Positions 27,349 through 35,973 of a DNA stretch of 64,000 nucleotides are shown in pieces (the stretch's first letter is position 1; each line of letters begins with the position of its first letter). Source of the DNA: a virus; IMG/VR virus record IMGVR_UViG_3300044643_000612, positions 20,338 to 84,337 of that record. One strand, 5' to 3'. Position numbers and translations under genes: made by a program. The notes beneath the pieces are model-generated. The model saw only the letters and a program-made list of their open reading frames with translations. It made no database searches and was not told the origin of the DNA.

Positions 27349-29358
27349 TCACGCACAAAATTGCACGACGCCATGCTCCAGCATCAGCGGGGCGTCGTCG
27401 CCCTTCTGCAAGCTGCGAACTGCGCGCATCACGCTCTGCCGCCGGATGTCGCGGGCGCCCTCCTCGGGTGCCGGCACCGTGCCCACCACGTAGTCCAGCA
27501 GCCGGTCCATGCCCATGCTGGTGACGCTGGGCTCCAAGAGGCCGATGGCGTCCATCACCACCTGCTCCCACGCCCCCAGCCGCCGCTTGGCCGTCGGCTT
27601 CTGCGCCACCGGCACCGTAGCGTCCCGCACCACAAGGCTGCTCATCTCCTCGCCGTCACGGTCGAGGCCGACCACCACAGGCTCCAGGGTGAACCCCCAC
27701 GACAGGTCGTCCCTGCCGTCCTTCTGCTTGCTGACCCGCATCACGCGCACAGGCCCCTCGTCGGGCCGCATGACCTCGAACTCGACGTCCGCGGCGGCGC
27801 GGATCCCGCTCCAGCCCCGCGCACCCCGCGCCGCGTCCTTGCCGCTGTGATGGACCAGCAGCACCATGGCGCCGGTCGCATCGCGGATAGCGCGGGCGTG
27901 ACGCAGGGCCAGGCCCATGTCCTCGCCGCTGTTCTCGTTCGCGCCGGGCGTCACCTGTGCGAAGGTGTCGACCACCACCAGGTCGGTCGGACCCGCAGCG
28001 GCCATGGCCTCGACCACGGCGGTGATGTCCTCCTCAATCAGGAAGTTGGGGACCGCGTTCATGATGCCAAGCGGCACGCCGTCGAGGCTCAGGCCTTGGT
28101 CAAGGGCATATGCCTTGACACGAGACGCCACGCCCCCGCCGCCTTCAGCCGCGACATAGAGCACCGCGCCCTGCTTGACGGGCCGTCCGCGCCAGTCCGT
28201 CCCGCGCGCCACGGCCAGGGCCATGTCCAGCACGGCGAAGGACTTGCCGCTGCCGCTCGCGCCGTAGAGCACGCCGAGGTCGGCCCGGGGCAGGACGCCC
28301 TTGATGATCCACTCCGGTGGCTCGCGCATCATGTAGTCGCTGGCGGCGACGAAGGGGAAGCGGCCCGGGTAGCCCGGCGGCGTGGCGTAAGAGGCCGACG
28401 GCTCGGCGACCTGCACCTTCTCCGCCAGCCGCTCCAGCCGCTCGGACGGGTTCTGCGCCTCGCGCGCCTCGCGGGCCATCTTGATGACCGACGCCATGGT
28501 GACCTGGCGGCCCGTGGCCTGCCGGCGGGTGAACGAGTCCCATTGCGCCTGTAGCTGGTCGCTGCCGGGGTATTGCTCGCCGTCGCTGGACCACTCGTCC
28601 CACAGGTCGAACCCGTCGCCCTCGGTCTCGTGGTGCAGGGCCATGCCGACGCGGATCCAGTCGTCGCGACCCATGCTGGCGTCGAGGTCGGCCAGCAGCG
28701 CCTTGATCTCGGTCTCGGCCAGGCCAAGGGTGGGCTCGTGCCCGACCATGAAGTCGTCGGGGTCGCTCGGGCTTGAGGTCTGCGGGCCGAACCGCGCCTC
28801 GCAGAAGGCCCGCAGCTTAGGGGTGACGGGCGCCACCACGTCGCCGGTGTCGAACAGGTCCACGGTATAGAGCGGGTTGCCTGTGACGGTGACGAAGCCG
28901 GAAGCGGTGAATGTCTCCACGCCATAGCGGTCGGCGATGGCGCGGCTCTTGCGGTCGCCCAGCGCCCCGGCCACGAAGGCCCGGACGCCCTTGCCGCTCG
29001 GGCTGTATTCCGCATAGGTGTCGCAGACCAGCGCCTCCAGTTCGGCAGGCAGGTGGCCTTGCGCGTCTACGCAGGCGTCGAAGTCCAGCGCCGTGATGCC
29101 CCAGTCGGCGAGCATGGCCAGACCCACACCGTCCATGCCGCGGGCCTTGGCGCGCTCCAGGGCGCGCTCCAGTGGCACGAGGGAAGCGCGGTCTCGGGCG
29201 TCGCCCTGCCGGCCATAGCGCCTGCCGGCATTGGCGTAGTAAGGCACCTTGATGGCCTTGCCAGAGCCCTCGATGCGCTCATACCGCCAGCACAGCCAGC
29301 CGGGCAGGTCGCGCAAGAGCGAGGGGACGGCGAGGCCCGGAGTCGGGCCAGCCATCAC
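27349..29358 (-). CDS. Primase-helicase (AEP primase, PriCT-2, AAA_25 RecA-like helicase)
   Basis: LDFD and YAEYSPSGKG (AEP), WIRVGMALH...WDEWS (PriCT-2), GASGSGKS, VVDT, VHHSGKD and RGWS (AAA_25). Confidence 0.9.
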   Translation of the reverse strand: MMAGPTPGLAVPSLLRDLPGWLCWRYERIEGSGKAIKVPYYANAGRRYGRQGDARDRASLVPLERALERAKARGMDGVGLAMLADWGITALDFDACVDAQGHLPAELEALVCDTYAEYSPSGKGVRAFVAGALGDRKSRAIADRYGVETFTASGFVTVTGNPLYTVDLFDTGDVVAPVTPKLRAFCEARFGPQTSSPSDPDDFMVGHEPTLGLAETEIKALLADLDASMGRDDWIRVGMALHHETEGDGFDLWDEWSSDGEQYPGSDQLQAQWDSFTRRQATGRQVTMASVIKMAREAREAQNPSERLERLAEKVQVAEPSASYATPPGYPGRFPFVAASDYMMREPPEWIIKGVLPRADLGVLYGASGSGKSFAVLDMALAVARGTDWRGRPVKQGAVLYVAAEGGGGVASRVKAYALDQGLSLDGVPLGIMNAVPNFLIEEDITAVVEAMAAAGPTDLVVVDTFAQVTPGANENSGEDMGLALRHARAIRDATGAMVLLVHHSGKDAARGARGWSGIRAAADVEFEVMRPDEGPVRVMRVSKQKDGRDDLSWGFTLEPVVVGLDRDGEEMSSLVVRDATVPVAQKPTAKRRLGAWEQVVMDAIGLLEPSVTSMGMDRLLDYVVGTVPAPEEGARDIRRQSVMRAVRSLQKGDDAPLMLEHGVVQFCA

Positions 29359-29567
29359 TCACCCGTCAGGGCAGCAACCATCTTGCGGACGGCGGGGGAC
29401 ACGAGGGCCAGGCCCGGCACGCCGGAGATCTCCGCGATCTGCATGGCGCGCTTCGGCGGGGCATAACCCTGCGAGGACCACAGGCAGACGGCTTGGTGGG
29501 TCACGTCGAGGAGGCGGGCCAGAGCGGCCTTGCCGCCCACAGCCTCGATAGCGGTGTCGATGTTCAT
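29355..29567 (-). CDS. Cro/YdaS-like HTH regulator
   Basis: AIEAVGGKAALARLLDVTHQAVCLW...PPKRA. SD AAGGAG. Confidence 0.8.
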   Translation of the reverse strand: MNIDTAIEAVGGKAALARLLDVTHQAVCLWSSQGYAPPKRAMQIAEISGVPGLALVSPAVRKMVAALTGE

Positions 29568-29613
29568 GTAGGGCTCCTTGAGCGGCGAAGGTAAACGCTT
29601 GCGTTGCGGGGCG

Positions 29614-30018
29614 TCAAGGGCGCCACCACCCTTTGGGCCGTGGCACCTCGGCGAAGGCGCGGATTGACTTCCGAAAGCCCGGATCGAGTAGCACCTTGGC
29701 GCGCATGGGCGGCAAGATTTGGTTGTCCCTGTCGAGGATAACGACCCAGCGATAGTCGGAGACGTCAATGGACCCGCTATCGGGAGAGCGCCACCCGTAC
29801 GGGGTAGGCGCCGGGTCGGCTTTGAGGCGGGAAACTTCGCTGCGCAGTCGGTCGCGCTCCTTCCTGTCCACGGTCGCTTCGGCTTTAAGCACCCCGACCT
29901 CTAGGGTCAATTCGTCGACCTGTTGCAGCGCGCGATGCGCGGTTTCGTTTCCGAACGCCGCGGCTCGGCGCCGGACGTCCGTTTCGGTCACGCCGGTGAA
30001 TGTGACGCTGACGGTCAT
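29614..30018 (-). CDS. Hypothetical protein
   Basis: ATGA overlap with the upstream gene. Coiled-coil segment. Confidence 0.5.
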   Translation of the reverse strand: MTVSVTFTGVTETDVRRRAAAFGNETAHRALQQVDELTLEVGVLKAEATVDRKERDRLRSEVSRLKADPAPTPYGWRSPDSGSIDVSDYRWVVILDRDNQILPPMRAKVLLDPGFRKSIRAFAEVPRPKGWWRP

Positions 30019-30329
30019 TTGCACGGCCACTTCCCGGTGACGGCTAGGTCCACGGCGAGGAACGCATCATCGCCGCCCCGCTTGGGGTGAGCCCGCGCGT
30101 AGGCGATGAACGTGCGCCGGAGATCATCGGCGGTCGGGTTGGTGGCGGGGCAGTAATGGGTCCGCACGCCGTTGAGCGCACGGCGCCAAGTGTTGCCGCG
30201 GACAGCGGCGCGCACATAGCCGAGGCAGAAGGACCGCTCGGCGGGCATGGGCGACTCGCAGATCGGCAAGAGCCAACCGGCGGTGTCGGGTGCCGCGCTG
30301 ATAGCGGCGGCGAGGGCGAGGGCGATCAT
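30015..30329 (-). CDS. Rap1a/Tai-family immunity-like secreted protein
   Basis: Signal peptide followed by C...CLGYV...YCP...Y...HP...WPC cysteine pattern. Confidence 0.7.
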   Translation of the reverse strand: MIALALAAAISAAPDTAGWLLPICESPMPAERSFCLGYVRAAVRGNTWRRALNGVRTHYCPATNPTADDLRRTFIAYARAHPKRGGDDAFLAVDLAVTGKWPCK

Positions 30330-30631
30330 CGTGCAGTCCTCTCGTTGGCGGCGCGCGCGCCGTCGTTACAGTGCTCGTGATAGGCCATGGTCTCGGCGTC
30401 GTCGGCCTCGGCGCCCCAGCAGGGGCCGCACCAGGCGTCGGCGTGGGCGTCGGTGGTTACGAGGTCGCCGTCCTCATGCCAGTCGTCACAGCGCGGGCAT
30501 TGCACAGCGTCCAGCAGTCGGAGTTGGGTGGCGAAGGACTCGGGGTCCTCGCCCGGGCGCAGGGCGTCCTGCCAGGGGGCGCCGTACAGGTCCGTCAGCG
30601 GCGCGTGGATGTTGTCGGGTGTCAGCTTCAC
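30326..30631 (-). CDS. Hypothetical Zn-finger-like protein
   Basis: CPRC and CGPC pairs. Overlapping operon arrangement. Confidence 0.5.
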   Translation of the reverse strand: MKLTPDNIHAPLTDLYGAPWQDALRPGEDPESFATQLRLLDAVQCPRCDDWHEDGDLVTTDAHADAWCGPCWGAEADDAETMAYHEHCNDGARAANERTAR

Positions 30632-30819
30632 CGCCCCGCCTCCAGCGCGTCGGCCAGGGCCGCGGCCTCGGTGGCCAGCTTGCGGGCGGCATAGCGCGCG
30701 GCGTCAACGCCGGCCTCGGTGGTGAAGCTGTTGGTCAGCGTGCGGCGGATCACGGACGCCTGTGCCTCGACAGCAGAGGCGCGGCGGTTCAGGTCGATGG
30801 TGACAGTGCAGTAAGTCAT
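30628..30819 (-). CDS. Hypothetical protein
   Basis: Chained overlapping ORF in the minus-strand early operon. Confidence 0.45.
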   Translation of the reverse strand: MTYCTVTIDLNRRASAVEAQASVIRRTLTNSFTTEAGVDAARYAARKLATEAAALADALEAGR

Positions 30820-30892
30820 CTGCGGTTCCCTAGTGAGATGATGAGCATGAGGATGGTGGCGAGGATCCAGAAGGTAGAGCGAAGGGCGGCGA

Positions 30893-31114
30893 TCATCGGC
30901 CCGCCCCCTTCATGTCCTCAAGGGCGCGCGAGATGGCGTCCAGCAAGTCTGCGTTGGTCATCTCGTTGAGGGTGTCCAGCGAGTATCCCATGGCGAGACG
31001 GGCGGGGTGCTGGGTCGCCACCACTACCAACGGGAGGTGGGACCGCATAAGCCGCGCCATGACGAAGTCGTCCAGCGTGACAGGCGGGTAGCCCAAAGCG
31101 TCTTCAAGTGTCAT
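30893..31114 (-). CDS. Hypothetical protein
   Basis: ATGA overlap with the upstream gene. Confidence 0.5.
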   Translation of the reverse strand: MTLEDALGYPPVTLDDFVMARLMRSHLPLVVVATQHPARLAMGYSLDTLNEMTNADLLDAISRALEDMKGAGR

Positions 31115-31311
31115 TGCGTCCCTCGCATGTTGCGGTGGGCTTCCAGCGTCCGGCGGGCGAACGAGGCAAGCACGGTGTCAGGTAGGGCATCGGCCAGGGT
31201 GTAGAGGCTGGCAGACAGTCCGCGCCCGATGTCGCCGAACGTCTCGGCCTCCTCGATAGCGTGGATCAGGTCGGCCCGGGCAGGGATGCGCGGGGGTGGG
31301 TGGAGCATCAT
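31111..31311 (-). CDS. Hypothetical protein
   Basis: ATGA overlaps at both ends. Confidence 0.5.
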   Translation of the reverse strand: MMLHPPPRIPARADLIHAIEEAETFGDIGRGLSASLYTLADALPDTVLASFARRTLEAHRNMRGTQ

Positions 31312-32009
31312 GCGCCCGCCCTCCGCTCGAAGAACTCCAGAATGTCCAGCGTCTCGCGGGCATTAACTGTGCCGGGGTATTCGGCGGCGACGTGGGCGCG
31401 ATATTCGGGGATCGTCAACCAACGACAACCGGCCATGATCTTGTGCGAGCCGTCCGTCAGTCGGAACAGGTGGAAGGTGTATCCGTCCATGCGCTCGGCG
31501 GCGGCGATAAGAGTGGCAAGAGTGTCCTCTTCGTATTTGGCATCGCGCAGGTTGGCATCGCGCAGGTTGGCACCGCGCAGGTTGGCACGGCTCAGGTAGG
31601 CACCGCGCAGGTCGGCACCGCTCAGGTCGGCACCGCGCAGGTCGGCACCGCTCAGGTTGGCACCGCTCAGGTCGGCACCGCTCAGGTTGGCACCGCGCAG
31701 GTAGGCACCGCGCAGGTCGGCACCGCGCAGGTCGGCACCGCGCAGGTAGGCACCGCTCAGGTCGGCACCGCGCAGGTCGGCACCGCTCAGGTCGGCACCG
31801 CTCAGGTTGGCACCGCGCAGGTTGGCACCGCGCAGGTCGGCACCGCGCAGGTAGGCACCGCTCAGGTCGGCACCGCGCAGGTCGGCACCGCTCAGGTCGG
31901 CACCGCTCAGGTAGGCACCGCGCAGGTTGGCACGGCTCAGGTAGGCACCGCGCAGGGTTCCGCCGTTCGCCCATGCGACGGCGGCGAGGTAGGTTATGTG
32001 CTTGTTCAC
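31308..32009 (-). CDS. Pentapeptide repeat protein
   Basis: About 28 L-(R/S)-(G/R/D)-A-(D/N/Y) units. SD GGAGGT before GTG at 32009. C-terminal MAGCRWLTI domain. Confidence 0.9.
   Translation of the reverse strand: MNKHITYLAAVAWANGGTLRGAYLSRANLRGAYLSGADLSGADLRGADLSGAYLRGADLRGANLRGANLSGADLSGADLRGADLSGAYLRGADLRGADLRGAYLRGANLSGADLSGANLSGADLRGADLSGADLRGAYLSRANLRGANLRDANLRDAKYEEDTLATLIAAAERMDGYTFHLFRLTDGSHKIMAGCRWLTIPEYRAHVAAEYPGTVNARETLDILEFFERRAGA
31536..31955 (-). repeat. 15-bp tandem repeat array encoding pentapeptide repeats
   Basis: About 28 copies of GTNGGCACCGC(G/T)CAG-like units on the + strand. Confidence 0.9.
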
Positions 32010-32109
32010 AGCGCACCTCCGATAGCGGCTAGGGCAATCAGCAGCCATGCCAGCGCGGTGAACGCGGCGGCGGTTAGGATGGCCTCTGCGGCGAGGCGGA
32101 TGAGGCGGG

Positions 32110-32367
32110 TCATTGGGCGTTCTCCTTGTCGGTGGCCAAGGTCGGGATGGGGAACCAGCGAGTAGGTTCGGGGTTGGTTTCGGAGCAACATCCGCAGCCG
32201 TGAGACGGGAGGACGGCGGGATCCCAATCTTCCCACTTATCGGACGGTCGCCCGCGCCAGTCGGTCACGCGGCGGACTTGGATCCACTGCCCATCAACCT
32301 CGGCGATAACGGCGCTTAGGTCCGGAGGAGGGGGCCAGTCGGCTACGGTCGCGTGATACTCGGTCAT
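32110..32367 (-). CDS. Hypothetical protein
   Basis: SD CAGGAG. Overlapping chain of small genes. Confidence 0.5.
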   Translation of the reverse strand: MTEYHATVADWPPPPDLSAVIAEVDGQWIQVRRVTDWRGRPSDKWEDWDPAVLPSHGCGCCSETNPEPTRWFPIPTLATDKENAQ

Positions 32368-32741
32368 CGGTCGTTCTCCTGCGCCATGACTTCATCGGGG
32401 GCGGCCTCGGCGTATCCGAGCCACTGGAAGCTGTTGTTCACGACCTTGCTGAAGATAGCCGCCTCGCCGTCGGCACGGTTGTGTGCGAAGGCGTGCGGGG
32501 CGGCGGTCACCTCCCCGGGCGGCGAGGCGAGCGGGATCAGGGACGATAGTGCGCCGCTGCCGCCGGGCTGGCCGACGCGCAGGACGTAAAGCCGTTCACG
32601 GACGCGCGGATCCCGATAGCTTTTTATCTCATACCGCCGGCCACCATGCGTCAGGATCAGGCGGGCGGCGTCCCGCTCGGACAGGCCGGAAGCAAGCACG
32701 GTGTCGCCGTGCAGGACGGTGAAGGTCTCGGCGCGGGTCAC
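32364..32741 (-). CDS. Hypothetical protein (paralogue of 32738..33076)
   Basis: Shared N-terminal GLxExxAAxxILTHxxxxYEI motif. Confidence 0.55.
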   Translation of the reverse strand: MTRAETFTVLHGDTVLASGLSERDAARLILTHGGRRYEIKSYRDPRVRERLYVLRVGQPGGSGALSSLIPLASPPGEVTAAPHAFAHNRADGEAAIFSKVVNNSFQWLGYAEAAPDEVMAQENDR

Positions 32742-33076
32742 TCTACACCCTCCGCAGCAAGCCGGGCCTGCATCTCATCCCAATCAGCTTGTGGGATGGC
32801 CTCGGCGGTCCAGCCTAACGAGGTGTCAGCGATACGGACAACCTCGGCCAAGATTTCGACCTCGGCGGCGTCTTGTTCGGCCTCCCACGACGCAACCAGC
32901 CAAAGGCTGAAGGCGCCGTTTAGCGACTTGCCCCAAAGAGACCAACCCGCGTTGACAGGGTGTTTGCGAATCTCATACTGCGCACTGTCGTGCGTCAGGA
33001 TCTCGTGGGCGGCCTCGGCCTCGGTCAAGCCCTCGGCGATGGGCTCGCCGGATCGGTCAACGACTACGTAAAGCAT
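32738..33076 (-). CDS. Hypothetical protein (paralogue of 32364..32741)
   Basis: ACAGGAGA SD and hairpin leader. Shared ILTH..YEI motif. Confidence 0.6.
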   Translation of the reverse strand: MLYVVVDRSGEPIAEGLTEAEAAHEILTHDSAQYEIRKHPVNAGWSLWGKSLNGAFSLWLVASWEAEQDAAEVEILAEVVRIADTSLGWTAEAIPQADWDEMQARLAAEGVE

Positions 33077-33188
33077 AATGCGGTGTCTCCTGTGAGCGGG
33101 CCAGGCTGGCCCTCCTACTGCCTCCGGCCCGCTACGCCGGAGCGCGCGGGCCTGCTGTGGCAAGTAAAGGCTGAACTTGTGGCGGCTG

Positions 33189-33563
33189 TCAATCGGTAGC
33201 TGTGCGGGCTCGCCTGACGGCGGCGTGGGCGGCGTCCCATGCCTCGGACGCCTTGCGCGAGCGCGGCGGCTCCATAGTGTCAAGAAGATGCTTCAGGGCA
33301 GCGAGCGTGCTCGGGGCCTCTGCGATCAGGCGGGCGTCAGCTTCCGCATAGACGTTGCCGATATGGCGGGGCGCATGTGCCGGGAGCGTCTCGCTGACGG
33401 GCGCTCCGATCATGAAGCCGAGCCACGGCGCATCGTTGCGGGTTGCAACCCAAGGGCCGGGCGTGTGTCGTGTGGCGAGTGTCAACCTGTGCGGGCCGGG
33501 GGTGTCTGCCTCGGCAGCGTTGCACAAATCCACGTCCGCGAAGTGGCCGTAACCGTAAGGCAT
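33189..33563 (-). CDS. Hypothetical phage protein with HTPGPW...ARLIAEAP motif
   Basis: Widespread small phage early-gene motif. Paralogue at 34527..34778. Confidence 0.6.
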   Translation of the reverse strand: MPYGYGHFADVDLCNAAEADTPGPHRLTLATRHTPGPWVATRNDAPWLGFMIGAPVSETLPAHAPRHIGNVYAEADARLIAEAPSTLAALKHLLDTMEPPRSRKASEAWDAAHAAVRRARTATD

Positions 33564-33568
33564 GGCGA

Positions 33569-33817
33569 TCAGGTCCTTTCGATCAGGTCAAAGCGGGCGG
33601 TCTTGCCGGAGGGGGAGAATCCCCAATCTTGAATCCGCGGGTTCTGGTAGCCCATGCGACGGGCCAAGGCGCGCACGGCGCCGGCGTGCCCCTCCTCCGC
33701 CGGGCAGATTGCCGACGGGCCGGAAACGTGGCGCGCTCGATACGTGCCGGCGCCCCATTGGCTAGCGGGCCGGTCGCGGCATACGGTGACGTTGTAGCCG
33801 TAGGTCATAGCGGTCAC
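33569..33817 (-). CDS. Hypothetical protein
   Basis: Overlaps the upstream gene end. Confidence 0.45.
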   Translation of the reverse strand: MTAMTYGYNVTVCRDRPASQWGAGTYRARHVSGPSAICPAEEGHAGAVRALARRMGYQNPRIQDWGFSPSGKTARFDLIERT

Positions 33818-34203
33818 TCCCCGTAGTAAAACTGTTGCGCGAAGGTAAGGACGTCTTCCCGCTCCTCATCGGTGAGCGCATACGGGGTCCAGGGCGTGCC
33901 CCAATCCTGATACTCAAGCCGGGCGGTGTCGGGCTGGGCGTCGCCGTCCAGGTCGCCTGTGATGCGGACAGAGGGGCCGCCGAATGACAGGAGGATCTGA
34001 TATTCAACCGACACGGCAACCCGAACGGGATCATGCCAGCTTGAGCGGACTTCGACCGAGAGGGGCGCTTCGTAAATGGCCTGTGCGGCGGCGTCGATAT
34101 CGTCGTCTTCGACGGCGGCGCGATCGTTGGCGACAAGTTCGCGGATGGTCTCAAGCCAGGCGGTTGCGGCGTCGCGCCCGTGGTTGTCAGGGGTGGCGGT
34201 CAT
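33814..34203 (-). CDS. Conserved acidic phage early protein
   Basis: ACAGGAGAAACCCTCATG leader. YQILLSFGGPSVRITG...LEYQDWGTPW motif. Confidence 0.65.
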   Translation of the reverse strand: MTATPDNHGRDAATAWLETIRELVANDRAAVEDDDIDAAAQAIYEAPLSVEVRSSWHDPVRVAVSVEYQILLSFGGPSVRITGDLDGDAQPDTARLEYQDWGTPWTPYALTDEEREDVLTFAQQFYYGE

Positions 34204-34261
34204 GAGGGTTTCTCCTGTGAGGGGGTGGCCCGGCGACCTCGCGCCGCCGGGCCGGGGGTTG

Positions 34262-34456
34262 TCAGACGTTGACGGGAGCCGCCTCTTTCGTGAGGCTTTC
34301 GGCGTGCTTCCAAGCCTTGCCGCCGGCAAGGGGGCCGTCCAGTTGGCGAAGATAGACGACGCGCCCGCTATTCGGGCCGATTCCGGTGACGGTGGCGCGG
34401 CGCGTAATGCCGTAATCTTCGTAGGTCACGCGGTCGCCGGGCTTGAAGTCAGACAT
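34262..34456 (-). CDS. Small SH3-like hypothetical protein
   Basis: FKPGDRV start motif. Same leader as the 34203 gene. Confidence 0.6.
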   Translation of the reverse strand: MSDFKPGDRVTYEDYGITRRATVTGIGPNSGRVVYLRQLDGPLAGGKAWKHAESLTKEAAPVNV

Positions 34457-34526
34457 GAGGGTTTCTCCTGTAGCGCGGGCCAGGCTGGCCCTAGGGTTAA
34501 AGCGGTAACTTGTATGGTGGCGGGTG

Positions 34527-34778
34527 TCAATCGCCGGTCGCCTTGGCGATGGCGGCGCGTGCGATAGCGAGCGCGGCGGCGGTTTGCCCGTAATCGAGCT
34601 GTTGCTCGATTCGCTCCAGGGCCGCCAGCATGTCCGGCGCGGCGGCGATCAGGTAAGCGTTGTGCGCGTCTGTATCCGCAACGAACGCGCCATGCTCGTT
34701 AACGATCAGGGGTTGCTTGCTGTAGATCGTAGTCTGGATTCGCCAAGGCCCCGGCGTGTGCTGGTGCGATGCAATCAT
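34527..34778 (-). CDS. Hypothetical phage protein with HTPGPW...NAYLIAAAPDML motif
   Basis: Motif shared with 33189..33563. Confidence 0.65.
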   Translation of the reverse strand: MIASHQHTPGPWRIQTTIYSKQPLIVNEHGAFVADTDAHNAYLIAAAPDMLAALERIEQQLDYGQTAAALAIARAAIAKATGD

Positions 34779-34889
34779 TGGTCAATTTCCTGTAGCTAGG
34801 CGGGCCAGGGTGGCCAGCCTTCACGCCGGCGGCCTCCGCACGCTAGGCGCCGGAGGCTTTCGGGCGGGTTGTCCGCGATGGGGGCGGGG

Positions 34890-35114
34890 TTAGTCGAGGA
34901 TCCCGCGCATAGCCTCGCGAATGCAGGTCAGGTTGTAGCGGGCGCCGTCGGGGGTCCGCTCGCCGGCAAGGGCGATTGCGAGGCGGGCGGCGCCGCGTTG
35001 GGCGCCGTGCTCGCGGGCGAGGTCGCGCGCCCACTGATACAAGCCTTCGTCATTGTTGAGCCAGAGCGACACGTTCCAAGCGTTCCAGCTACGGTGGCCT
35101 TGATATGCGGGCAT
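34890..35114 (-). CDS. Conserved phage early protein (WNVSLWLNNDEGLY)
   Basis: ACAGGAGAAACCC leader. Recognisable conserved motif. Confidence 0.65.
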   Translation of the reverse strand: MPAYQGHRSWNAWNVSLWLNNDEGLYQWARDLAREHGAQRGAARLAIALAGERTPDGARYNLTCIREAMRGILD

Positions 35115-35142
35115 AGGGGTTTCTCCTGTGAGGGGTTGGGGG

Positions 35143-35475
35143 TCAGTCGGCGTCGCGCTCTTGGGCATAGCCGTTTGCGGCATCCCAAATCAGGTACATT
35201 TCGGCGTGTTCGACGTCGCGAAACTCTGTCTCGAAATAGATAGCGCGCGCCGTCTCGGTAATCTCGTCATCCGTTGCTAGGCGGTTCTCATACTCGCCGG
35301 CGGCGTTGCGCGCGACAATGCGAAACTCGGGGCGCAGGTGGCGCCGGACATACTCGCAAGCGGGCTCACAGTCGCCGGAGCGCGTGCAATCGAGAACGTC
35401 GGGGGCGATATCCTCCGGCACGTCGCAGAAGCTGGCGCGCGGCTCGCGGGGGCAGATTTCGATAATGAGGGGCAT
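35143..35475 (-). CDS. Hypothetical protein
   Basis: First gene downstream of the leftward promoter. SD GGAGA. Confidence 0.6.
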   Translation of the reverse strand: MPLIIEICPREPRASFCDVPEDIAPDVLDCTRSGDCEPACEYVRRHLRPEFRIVARNAAGEYENRLATDDEITETARAIYFETEFRDVEHAEMYLIWDAANGYAQERDAD

Positions 35476-35535
35476 GTTGCCGGTCTCCAGGACGGGGGCG
35501 GGCCGCTATTGGCCCGCGCTCCCCGTCTGAATCGA

Positions 35536-35564
35536 TATATAAGGGAAGGCTAAAAAGTGGTCAA
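35536..35564 (-). promoter_or_regulatory. Sigma70-type leftward early promoter
   Basis: TTGACC-17 nt-TATATA on the minus strand. Confidence 0.6.
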
Positions 35565-35610
35565 GCGTTCAATTGCACCTTTTACGAGTTAAAGCGGATT
35601 GTTATCCTTC

Positions 35611-35780
35611 GCAACGTGCAACGCGACGCATCATGATGCATCGTGTTGCATGTGTTGCAGCGCCCCTGAAATGCAGCACCACATGCAACACGAGGGGGGC
35701 CCTATACGTAGTATAGGCCCCTCCGTGATGCGTGATGCATTTGGCGCTGCGTCGCGTTGCACGCTGCGTTGCACGCTGCA
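35611..35780. repeat. Nested inverted-repeat element (candidate origin or packaging site)
   Basis: Perfect IRs at 35615-35630/35748-35763 (16 bp) and 35641-35654/35680-35693 (14 bp), plus a CCTATAC-GTA-GTATAGG hairpin. Many TGCA/GTTGCA units. Confidence 0.75.
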
Positions 35781-35913
35781 AAGCCTTTAACTGTCTGTTA
35801 GTAGGCGCTGAGACGGTGGCCAGGATGGCGGTTAGTCGGAGGCTGTTAGGTCCGGTTAGCCTTCTATCGGATAGCAGGTCGCGGCGCCCTTCGCACATAT
35901 AGGCGCCCGCGCA

Positions 35914-35942
35914 TTGACGCCAGGCCGGTCGGCGGGTATAAC
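35914..35942 (+). promoter_or_regulatory. Sigma70-type promoter for terS
   Basis: TTGACG-17 nt-TATAAC, 31 nt before the ATG at 35974. Confidence 0.65.
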
Positions 35943-35973
35943 ACTCGGCTGTAATCCGAAAGGGATTTGACGC

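Noticed and set aside
29355-29567. Prophage immunity switch or integration module
   Set aside because: A Cro-like gene is present, but there is no divergent CI repressor, integrase, att site or host flank in the window.
31536-31955. CRISPR array, or a + strand (GTAQV)n protein 31296..32165
   Set aside because: The units are contiguous 15-mers without spacers and encode a pentapeptide-repeat protein on the minus strand. The other-frame ORFs are shadows.
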